IMG/VR virus record: IMGVR_UViG_3300031949_000079
Coordinates: 1-43,602 of that record
Strand: one strand, 5' to 3'
DNA: 43,602 nt
Source of the DNA: a virus
Lineage: Duplodnaviria; Caudoviricetes
Positions 1-7,203 of the stretch are shown here, piece by piece. The translations under genes were made by a program, and so were the position numbers. How positions within the stretch are numbered: the first letter of the stretch is position 1; the number at the start of each line of letters is the position of its first letter. The notes beneath the pieces are model-generated. The model was not told the DNA's origin. It was given only the letters and a program-made list of their open reading frames with translations, and searched no databases.

Positions 1-141
1 TATCTCGGCGCCTCTATAGACAAGATTATTAATGCCGGATTACCGGCTGACGCACCAGCCAGTCAAGTCAAGGGTCAGGATTTCCTGATGGGTAAGATAC
101 TGGAGATGAAAATGACACCAGGCCACATGATATTCAGCCGG
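1..141. repeat. Terminal direct repeat, copy 1 (circular-assembly overlap)
   Basis: 1-141 matches 43462-43602 except T15 vs C43476 (TCT/TCC, synonymous Ser in the ORF crossing the join). Confidence 0.97.
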
Positions 142-462
142 GAGGCCAAGGAGGACAGACCTCAGGATTGCTGGGAGGTTATCGGAGTAGAGGGATTCAC
201 CTCACCAGTATCAGCACCAGCCATATCACAGGCTGCGGCAGGTGCATCACAAGCTGCTCCCAAGTCTGCCGTTCAGGAGGCACTGACCTTACTAGATGGC
301 AAGACCGAGCAACAGTGGAACCAGGCCATCTTCAACAGCCCAATCATCAAGGCTGACGCCAACCTAATTAACCTTATCCTACAGCGTCAGTTCCTATCAT
401 CACTGGAGACGGTCGGAACTGTGATCAAGGATGGTGATGGCATTTATCATGTTCATAGGTAG
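1..462 (+). CDS. 3' part of a ~244-aa hypothetical protein spanning the circular join (starts at 43189); replication/recombination module
   Basis: Frame is open from ATG 43189 through the overlap into ORF 88..462; lies upstream of the Cas4-like and Sak4-like genes. Confidence 0.8.
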   Translation, partial: YLGASIDKIINAGLPADAPASQVKGQDFLMGKILEMKMTPGHMIFSREAKEDRPQDCWEVIGVEGFTSPVSAPAISQAAAGASQAAPKSAVQEALTLLDGKTEQQWNQAIFNSPIIKADANLINLILQRQFLSSLETVGTVIKDGDGIYHVHR

Positions 463-476
463 GTTACAGGCAATAA

Positions 477-586
477 TGCCTTAAACCGAAACTAGGTAGT
501 ATCAGCAAGGTTAATGACCAGGAATGGTTGAGACAACCAGAATCTACCTAGTCCCAGAGTTAGTCTCTGGCTGATGAGGTGAGGCA
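477..586 (+). ncRNA. Type II hammerhead self-cleaving ribozyme; predicted cleavage after GUC at C553
   Basis: GAAA 488-491; stem III ACTAGGTAG 491-499 / CTACCTAGT 544-552; C553; stem I CCAGAG 554-559 / CTCTGG 565-570; CTGATGA 571-577; stem II GGT-GAGGCA 578-586 with TGCCTT-(AA)-ACC 477-487. Confidence 0.9.
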
Positions 587-588
587 AA

Positions 589-723
589 ATGATAGATTGC
601 AAAGAATGTCAAGGGTGCATAAACAAGGATATTTGTCCAGAGGGATACATTTGCCTGAGCTTGAAAGATATACGGGAAAAGTTGCCTAATGAAATAGATC
701 CAGCAGAGGCCTCATTTTACTAG
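589..723 (+). CDS. 44-aa Cys-rich microprotein (MIDCKECQGCINKDICPEGYIC...)
   Basis: Manual translation; GGTGAGG SD just upstream of ATG 589; TAG 721-723. Confidence 0.65.
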   Translation: MIDCKECQGCINKDICPEGYICLSLKDIREKLPNEIDPAEASFY

Positions 724-744
724 GAAAGGATTAACAACTGAATA

Positions 745-1089
745 GCTTGCTGGTGTCCAGGATGTAGCCCATCTTTGCCCTACACAATGACCACGACATG
801 ATAGGGAGTCAAAATGGCTTAGTACACGGAACACAGGATAATGATACTGTCCACGCTGACGTGGAGCGTTGCGGTAAGCCGACCATCGTGACTATCGCAG
901 GTGCATAGGAGGCGTACTGATAGGATGTATGGGCGTTGTGTGACTTGGCGTGAACCAATCTATCAGGGTATCAACGAGCCAGCAAGCCTGCCAGCCACCC
1001 AAACCATAAAGACAATAAGGAATGGGCAAGGGTGAAATCCCCTAACCGAGTAGCAGGGTAAAGTGGGCTACTGGCTGGCAGCAAGCCTG
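745..1089 (+). ncRNA. Candidate large structured non-coding RNA, family not recognised
   Basis: No credible ORF; many nested helices, e.g. GCTTGCTGG 745-753 / CCAGCAAGC 979-987, GGCTTA 816-821 / TAAGCC 875-880, TCCACG/CGTGGA 850-865, CTGATAG 917-923 / CTATCAG 960-966, CTGCCAGCCA 988-997 / TGGCTGGCAG 1072-1081. Confidence 0.6.
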
Positions 1090-1116
1090 AGCCGAACACG
1101 ATAAAGGAGGAGAAAA

Positions 1117-1671
1117 ATGACTAATGAACAGGCAATAAAGAAGAATGCCAAATTCAAGGAAGCCCTTGACCAAATAATAGGCTATGGTCAACATGCTATT
1201 GCTACTAAACAAGCTATCCTTAAAGCTATGGATGAGTTTGGCTACCATTTGCCAAAGCATTTAGAGGAGATAACAACCGAGACCGTAGAATCAATGAGCC
1301 ATTTTGGTGTCATAAGAGATTGGGTAATCAGGTTCAAGACTGGCGAGGAAATTGAGGTATCTGCCTCTATTATCAAGGTTATAGTGGAACATGAGTCTAA
1401 GGAACTTGGTTACCGTCTCCCTGCTGAAAGGAAGGAACTGAGAGAGGAAGTACACAGAATAATCCTACCACTATGTGCTGATTACAGGAAAAGAGAACGT
1501 GCTATCGCAAGACTTCTCGCCCTCATCAGACCTGTAGAGTTAGGGGAGGAGTCAAGAGGAAAAAGAACACAAGTATTTCATGATGCCTCAGAAGTAACAG
1601 GCATTTGGGACAGGGGAGAAGATAAACCCTCCCCCTGTAGAGTTAAAGGTGCTAACAAAAGAGACTCATAG
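1117..1671 (+). CDS. Hypothetical protein
   Basis: 184-aa ORF with strong AAGGAGG SD; no motif recognised. Confidence 0.7.
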   Translation: MTNEQAIKKNAKFKEALDQIIGYGQHAIATKQAILKAMDEFGYHLPKHLEEITTETVESMSHFGVIRDWVIRFKTGEEIEVSASIIKVIVEHESKELGYRLPAERKELREEVHRIILPLCADYRKRERAIARLLALIRPVELGEESRGKRTQVFHDASEVTGIWDRGEDKPSPCRVKGANKRDS

Positions 1672-1753
1672 TTATGGAATTACTTGTACTAATTGTGGCA
1701 CAAAACTTACATTAACAGGACTATGACCAGAGGCAGAGTGAAGGAGGTAATCT

Positions 1754-2659
1754 ATGTTAGAGTGGTTCATCTGTCCAGACAAGGAAATCATCCCAGTTCA
1801 AGACTGTCTAAAGTGTATTATCAAATGCAGGTATGGTCGGACCTGCTTAACAAGGCCAACTAGAGTCAAGATTGCTGAGGAGAGAGTATGGTCGGGCGAA
1901 CCCTCAACCACGCAACTCCTAAACGGCACCATGCTAGAGTTCCTCAAACTCACCAACTCCTATGCCATTGACCCAGACAGTCGGATGTTTGCACTACTTG
2001 GAACTAGACACCATGAGATGCTACATGAGATGGCTAAGACTCTAGGTCTGCCATCTGAGGTAGCCCTGACAGGTGATGATAAGGACATCTTTGACCTACT
2101 GGAACAAGATGAGGATGGCCAGTGGGTGCTGTTGGATTATAAGACATGGGGAAGTTACAGAGTAGCTCAAGCCATTGGACTAGTAGAGATTGGGAAGAAG
2201 CCTGACCCATCCGGTGCCGTCTACAAGACATCAGGAAAGTGGGGCAAGGCAGGCTCACCCAAGATGGTCAATGTGTTCCAAGCCATGCCACAACAGGTTG
2301 ACAATACCGAGGCTGAACTGCAACTCAACCGATACCGACTCCTGCTTAAGGAGAAGTATGGCATTGACGTTGTCCTTATGCGTATCCAGGCTACTGTCCG
2401 AGATGGTGGATTGGCTGTTGCCAATAGCCGTGGTATTGATAGGAATGGCATAATGATTGAGATTCAGATGCTACCAGATGAACGGGTCAAGGCATACTTT
2501 GATGCCAAGAGAACTGACCTGCTATTGGCTCTGGCTCAAGGAAGTTGGAGTATTCCATGCACCAACAAGGAAAGCTGGGATGGGGTTAGGTGTAGGGAGT
2601 ATTGTGATGTGTGGAACTTTTGCCCCAAGGGATTGCTGGAACATGGAGGTAACCAATGA
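1754..2659 (+). CDS. Cas4-like PD-(D/E)XK exonuclease, probable Fe-S cluster
   Basis: GTxxH, D..FDLL, LLDYKT and QLNRY motifs; N-terminal Cys residues plus C-terminal CxxYCxVxxFCP; AAGGAGG SD. Confidence 0.8.
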   Translation: MLEWFICPDKEIIPVQDCLKCIIKCRYGRTCLTRPTRVKIAEERVWSGEPSTTQLLNGTMLEFLKLTNSYAIDPDSRMFALLGTRHHEMLHEMAKTLGLPSEVALTGDDKDIFDLLEQDEDGQWVLLDYKTWGSYRVAQAIGLVEIGKKPDPSGAVYKTSGKWGKAGSPKMVNVFQAMPQQVDNTEAELQLNRYRLLLKEKYGIDVVLMRIQATVRDGGLAVANSRGIDRNGIMIEIQMLPDERVKAYFDAKRTDLLLALAQGSWSIPCTNKESWDGVRCREYCDVWNFCPKGLLEHGGNQ

Positions 2660-2829
2660 TATTCACTGATAGACGGAATGAATCATCAAAAATTATGGGA
2701 CAGGGTTATAAATCTAAGGAGGATAAGGATGGTGACATACTTATCTACCTAGATACAGGGTACACAATCAAATTAAATAATTATGAGGTTGGATTAATCA
2801 AAGAGCCAACTGAGGAGTCAACAGAATGA
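2656..2829 (+). CDS. 57-aa hypothetical protein
   Basis: Manual translation; ATGA overlaps with both neighbours; GGAGG SD. Confidence 0.65.
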   Translation: MIFTDRRNESSKIMGQGYKSKEDKDGDILIYLDTGYTIKLNNYEVGLIKEPTEESTE

Positions 2830-3656
2830 TACTCGGATTGTATGGTGAGGACAAAACTTGCAAGAGTACCCTGTCACTATCTGCACCTAAGCCAATGGTC
2901 TACATGCAATTTGACATTGGTGGGTTCCAACGTGCCTGTCGTAACTTACCTCATCTACCCATCAAGGACTGGTACAATCAAGGACTAATCAAGGTCGAGG
3001 ATTATGTCATGCCGTTCCAGATTGGTAGTTTGGACCCAGTCACCAGCATTATACGGCCGAGCAAAATCCTTGTTGGTGTTGAGGAGTTGTTCTATGTATT
3101 TGCAACCAACTTCCTCAAGCACCTGTATGATGGTACAGTCACCATCGTTGTGGACACCAGCACTCTTCTCTATGAGGTTACATGCCTTGGCTATCTCCAG
3201 GAGAAGCAGGAACTACAAATGCCATTACAGGCTAATGGTAAGGGCAGGGATGATAAGCCACTAAGGACTCAACTCCAGCAACAGGAATACCGTGAGCCAT
3301 ATATCAGGATGCGTGGATTCACATATCAAGCAAAGGCAGCCAAGAAGAACCTAATCCTTGTTCACCATGCTACTGATGAATATGGGTTGATGAGGCAAGG
3401 TGATGGCACCATGGGTCAGGGCAAGACAGGCAAGAGGGTGCTACATGGATGGGGCCAACTTGGTGATAGTGCAGACATCATAGGCAAGACCTACGTCAGG
3501 ATGGAGACTATACCTAACACCAACCCTCCACAGAGGAAGATTACACCGTGCTTCAAGATTGAGTTGGCCGAGGTCAAGGAGTTAGAAGGTGTTGAGATAC
3601 AGGAGCCAACATATGATAAGTTGGCTGGGATGATAAGGATGATAAGGGGTGAATAA
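2826..3656 (+). CDS. P-loop ATPase, Sak4/AAA_24-like recombination protein
   Basis: Walker A variant LYGEDKTCKST, Walker B TIVVDT, NLILVHH motif; next to an exonuclease. Confidence 0.7.
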   Translation: MILGLYGEDKTCKSTLSLSAPKPMVYMQFDIGGFQRACRNLPHLPIKDWYNQGLIKVEDYVMPFQIGSLDPVTSIIRPSKILVGVEELFYVFATNFLKHLYDGTVTIVVDTSTLLYEVTCLGYLQEKQELQMPLQANGKGRDDKPLRTQLQQQEYREPYIRMRGFTYQAKAAKKNLILVHHATDEYGLMRQGDGTMGQGKTGKRVLHGWGQLGDSADIIGKTYVRMETIPNTNPPQRKITPCFKIELAEVKELEGVEIQEPTYDKLAGMIRMIRGE

Positions 3657-3823
3657 TGAGAATTAAGAAAGGTACAAAGGTTCTAGTGGAGGCAGTAATA
3701 GAAGGTGATTGCTTTGACAACCTACCTAAGGAGGAATGTGCCTACCATATATCCACATCAAGAGGCCCAGCTATTGCTGAACCGGAACATATATTTGTAC
3801 TGGCAAGTGATAGAGATAAGTGA
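3656..3823 (+). CDS. 55-aa hypothetical protein
   Basis: Manual translation (MRIKKGTKVLVEAVIEG...); TAATG coupling to the ATPase gene. Confidence 0.6.
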   Translation: MRIKKGTKVLVEAVIEGDCFDNLPKEECAYHISTSRGPAIAEPEHIFVLASDRDK

Positions 3824-3861
3824 TGCCTTGGGTATGATTAGGATGATAAGGGGAGAGTGAT

Positions 3862-4194
3862 ATGGAAGAAAAGGTTTGTGTCATATGTGATCAAACATTT
3901 ACACCAAAATATAGGAGGGACCGAACATATTGTTCTAAGGAGTGTTATAAGAAGTCACCAAAAAGTATAGTGGGATACACTGAGTTCCGCCAACTAATCA
4001 TGAAAAGGGATAAGGATATGTGTATCATGTGTAGGGCCAAGGATGGTTTGGAACTACACCATATGAAATCTACCATAGATGGTGGCTCTGATATGCCATC
4101 CAACTTAATAACACTATGCCATGACTGCCATATAAAGCTACATAAAGAACTACGCTTGATGAGAAAGCGGTCCAAAAGTAATGACCATGTCTAG
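3862..4194 (+). CDS. HNH endonuclease with N-terminal zinc finger
   Basis: CxxC...YCSxxC, then RDxxxCxxC...HH...GG...NLxxLCxxCH. Confidence 0.88.
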   Translation: MEEKVCVICDQTFTPKYRRDRTYCSKECYKKSPKSIVGYTEFRQLIMKRDKDMCIMCRAKDGLELHHMKSTIDGGSDMPSNLITLCHDCHIKLHKELRLMRKRSKSNDHV

Positions 4195-4328
4195 CTATTC
4201 ACAAAGCACTATAAGCACTCTAGCATCAATTGTACGCATAGCTATGATAGCTAGAATAGAGCTAGATACTAACTTTGACACAGTTAGAAATTTTACACAG
4301 GCACTTAATGCCTGAGAAGGAGGTGTCT

Positions 4329-5073
4329 ATGATTTTCGTAGACATTTTTTGAGCCGTGCCAAATAGAGAACATCCTCCGGCAATCAGTGGATGTCCTACG
4401 CCATGGACTCAACCATCAAGGCTTCGCCGATTATATGTGGGTAGCTGTGGATGGACATCGCATCCAGGTTGAGCGGAAGCAGATAGACGAGATACTGAGT
4501 GGCATGGATAAGGTTGAGGAACAACTCAGCCATGAGTTAGCCAATGGTGTAGAGGAAACTATCCTACTATATGAGGGCGACTGTGAGCCTATAGCCACAC
4601 TCAAGATGGCCTGTCAAAGTTACAAGCTGGCAAGGAACGAGAAGGTTATGGTCCCACATAAACAATACAATGTAAGTTATACAGGATTACAGGCATGGTT
4701 CAGTCAGTTAGACAAGGCAGGGGTTACGGTGGTACATACGTGCCATTACGTTGGTACGGCTTTGGCTCTAGTCGCCCTATATCAGAACAGCCAGAAGCAG
4801 GAACACACCACACTCCGGAGGTACATCAAGGAGCATATCTATATCCAATCCAAGAATGAACATATCCTCAGCCTCATGGGAATCAAGGGTGGAGCACTTG
4901 GTGAGGCCAAAGCCAAGGCATTGATTGACAGATATGGCACATTTTGGTACACAATACAGCAACCGGCCGAGGAGTTGGCGGAGACTTTGGTGGGTGATGA
5001 GGATGGTAAGCAAAAGAGGCTTGGTATGGCAACGGTACTGAAACTTTTTAAGGCTATAGGGAGGAGTATATGA
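4329..5073 (+). CDS. ERCC4/XPF-family nuclease (resolvase-like); N-terminus joined through a +1 shift at T6 4345-4350
   Basis: ADY and VERK motifs, LYEG, C-terminal HhH-like IKG...LGEAKA. The SD-preceded ATG 4329 gives MIFVDIF then TGA; the +1 frame continues EPCQIEN into ORF 4387. Confidence 0.72.
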
Positions 5074-5210
5074 GTACTTTAAGTGAGTTGTCAAAGTTCT
5101 GGAAAAGGCAGTCCAAACTCTGGGCAGAACAGGAGCAGGCATGGAAGGAGTGTAAAGAGTATTGTAGGAAGGTAAAGGAGGACATACGGTTGAGACGGTG
5201 CCAGGAATGA
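5070..5210 (+). CDS. 46-aa hypothetical protein
   Basis: Manual translation; GGAGG SD; ATGA overlaps at both ends. Confidence 0.55.
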   Translation: MSTLSELSKFWKRQSKLWAEQEQAWKECKEYCRKVKEDIRLRRCQE

Positions 5211-5386
5211 TTTCCAAGAAGATGTGCTGGCACTCCGCTTTGACCAACCCAGAATGTATTGTATGTACCCATAGAGGGCAACACTTCTGTGATGGAACAT
5301 TGGAACTAAAGGAATGTTCAGACTGTGTTAATGTAAATAACTGGTATGAAAGGAAGGTACATAATGGAGATAATACCAGGACTTGA
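5207..5386 (+). CDS. Small Cys-rich protein
   Basis: Two CxxC motifs; start coupled to the upstream stop. Confidence 0.55.
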   Translation: MISKKMCWHSALTNPECIVCTHRGQHFCDGTLELKECSDCVNVNNWYERKVHNGDNTRT

Positions 5387-5681
5387 CACCATCAGAGGCT
5401 TGGTCGGTAACCCGCCGATGGAGATACCCGTCAACCGAGAAACGATGTCGGAGCAACAAGTTCTAATGCAGGACTGGAACGCCTGTTATATCGCTGTCCT
5501 GCCGTTCTGCTTCAAGTGTAAGCAACCTCTCACTTGGCATACTCCTCCCGAGGATGAGGTGCTGTTTGACTGCCTAGGTTGTGGTCGCAAGTGGGTCAAG
5601 GGAAGTGATTGGCTCAACAGTAAAAGACAGATAGCAGCCAACAAGGCAGCAGAGAGGATGAATGAACTTGACCAAGTCTAA
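5364..5681 (+). CDS. Zinc-ribbon protein
   Basis: CFKC...CLGC; AAGGAAGG upstream of ATG 5364. Confidence 0.65.
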   Translation: MEIIPGLDTIRGLVGNPPMEIPVNRETMSEQQVLMQDWNACYIAVLPFCFKCKQPLTWHTPPEDEVLFDCLGCGRKWVKGSDWLNSKRQIAANKAAERMNELDQV

Positions 5682-5795
5682 ACAAACACCACAACAATTA
5701 GCTGAGGAGCATGTAGATTGGTTCATACAAGTATTAAGGCCACTACTTATTAGTTTTTATGGTACATGGGCATAATCATGGTAGGAAGGAGAAAC

Positions 5796-5963
5796 ATGCC
5801 AGACCACATGGGCGTTGACACAGCCTACCACTGTGAGAAGTGTGGACATCATCACTGTACCAAATGTAAGGTGTGTCATAGGTGTGGTTGTCTAAGGTAT
5901 ATCAGGAGTAGAAAGGAGAGGAAAGATGCCAGACTCATGTCCATACATAATAAAGAATGTTGA
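5796..5963 (+). CDS. Small Cys/His-rich protein
   Basis: CEKC...CTKC..CHRC; AAGGAG SD. Confidence 0.55.
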   Translation: MPDHMGVDTAYHCEKCGHHHCTKCKVCHRCGCLRYIRSRKERKDARLMSIHNKEC

Positions 5964-6048
5964 GGGTCCATATACCTGCAAACTCAATGGTCAGGTTTGT
6001 AGCCTTGAGTTAGACCAGGAATGTGGATTGGTGGAAGATGATGCCTAA
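5926..6048 (+). CDS. 40-aa Cys-containing microprotein
   Basis: Manual translation MPDSCPY...C...C...C; AGGAGAGG upstream. Confidence 0.45.
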   Translation: MPDSCPYIIKNVEGPYTCKLNGQVCSLELDQECGLVEDDA

Positions 6049-6841
6049 GGTATTTGCACCTGAATATGGGCGAGATGAACATGGTTGGATTCTGTTCCCA
6101 GACGATGTTAAGTGGAGAAAGGAACTATTTCCTCCGGAGGTTATGAAGCATTTAGCCAAGATGCACCTATACCTAGAGTGGGAGTTAATAAAATATGTGT
6201 CTGAACCAGGTGATGTCCTACTTGACCCAATGAGTGGAACAGGCACAATTATGTTGGCAGCTACAATGGGCAGAACCGTAGTATGTGTGGAGATAGAGGA
6301 ACCATATCACAACATACAAAGATTGGTATTAGCACATCTCCAATCCCAATTTGACATGTCACCGGTTACACTACTACATGGTAATTGTAAGTTGCTATTA
6401 CCTATACCATGTAATCATATAATATTCTCACCCCCCTATGGCTCAGCATTCAAACCTGCCAATGAAATATCAGACTTTGTTAAGGACAAGTATAGAGTGG
6501 AGCAGGACGAGTATCAGACATATGCCATGACCACCGGTAATGTTGGACTCCATAGCACATTTATCTACAATATGGAGATGGAGAAGGTATATAATCTATG
6601 CTATAAGAGTCTGCCAAGGGGTGGTACCATGTCCACAGTGACTAAGGATATTACTGAAAACGGGAAGAGGATATTTATAACCAAGTGGACCACAAGAGTA
6701 TGTACCAAGGCAGGTTTTGTGCTACAGGACTGGTTCAAGCATAAGATAGGGGGTGGTCCATATCAGGACATGAGGCGTAGTCAAGGCTTAGAAACCATTG
6801 ACGATGAAGATATAATGATATTTATAAAGGGGGCAAAATGA
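6038..6841 (+). CDS. Amino-DNA methyltransferase (m4C or m6A)
   Basis: SAM-binding motif LLDPMSGTGT followed by catalytic FSPPY; start could be 6023, 6038 or 6041. Confidence 0.85.
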   Translation: MMPKVFAPEYGRDEHGWILFPDDVKWRKELFPPEVMKHLAKMHLYLEWELIKYVSEPGDVLLDPMSGTGTIMLAATMGRTVVCVEIEEPYHNIQRLVLAHLQSQFDMSPVTLLHGNCKLLLPIPCNHIIFSPPYGSAFKPANEISDFVKDKYRVEQDEYQTYAMTTGNVGLHSTFIYNMEMEKVYNLCYKSLPRGGTMSTVTKDITENGKRIFITKWTTRVCTKAGFVLQDWFKHKIGGGPYQDMRRSQGLETIDDEDIMIFIKGAK

Positions 6842-7203
6842 GAACTAGTTGGGACCAATACTTTCTGAACATAGCCAAAGATGTGGCATTGAGGTCAACC
6901 TGCCCCAGAGCATTAGTTGGAGCAGTAATTGTAATAGATAACCACATACTGTCCACCGGCTACAATGGTGCTGCACCAGGTGAGCCACACTGTACTGATG
7001 TAGGATGCTTGCTGGAGAACCACCACTGCCAAAGAGCCATACATGCCGAGACTAACGCTGTGGCACAAGCAGCTAAGTTTGGTACTGCTATTGATGGTGC
7101 CACCCTCTATTATTGGGATAGTCTTGGCAGAACAGCAGAGTCATGCACCAAATGCAGCCAAATAATGAAGGCTGCAGGAATAATGAGAATCGTAGGCAAG
7201 TAA
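6838..7203 (+). CDS. dCMP deaminase (ComEB-like)
   Basis: WDxYF...A.RSTC...VGAVIV...STGYNG...HAExNA...CxxC. Confidence 0.92.
   Translation: MRTSWDQYFLNIAKDVALRSTCPRALVGAVIVIDNHILSTGYNGAAPGEPHCTDVGCLLENHHCQRAIHAETNAVAQAAKFGTAIDGATLYYWDSLGRTAESCTKCSQIMKAAGIMRIVGK

Noticed and set aside
1021-1050. tRNA gene suggested by GGGTGAAATCCC
   Set aside because: No cloverleaf, anticodon arm or acceptor stem; treated as part of the larger structured RNA.
1754-2659. CRISPR-Cas locus around the Cas4-like gene
   Set aside because: No repeat-spacer array or other cas genes; stand-alone Cas4-like exonucleases are common in phage recombination modules.
3922-3936. Third LexA box (CGAACATATTGTTCT)
   Set aside because: The spacer is 5 nt instead of 4 and the site is inside the HNH coding region.
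5662-5818. Programmed frameshift at T5 5754-5758 in a small ORF (MNLTKSK...LLISF)
   Set aside because: Removing one T gives a plausible ...FMVHGHNHG ending, but there is no recoding signal; more likely an indel or sequencing error.
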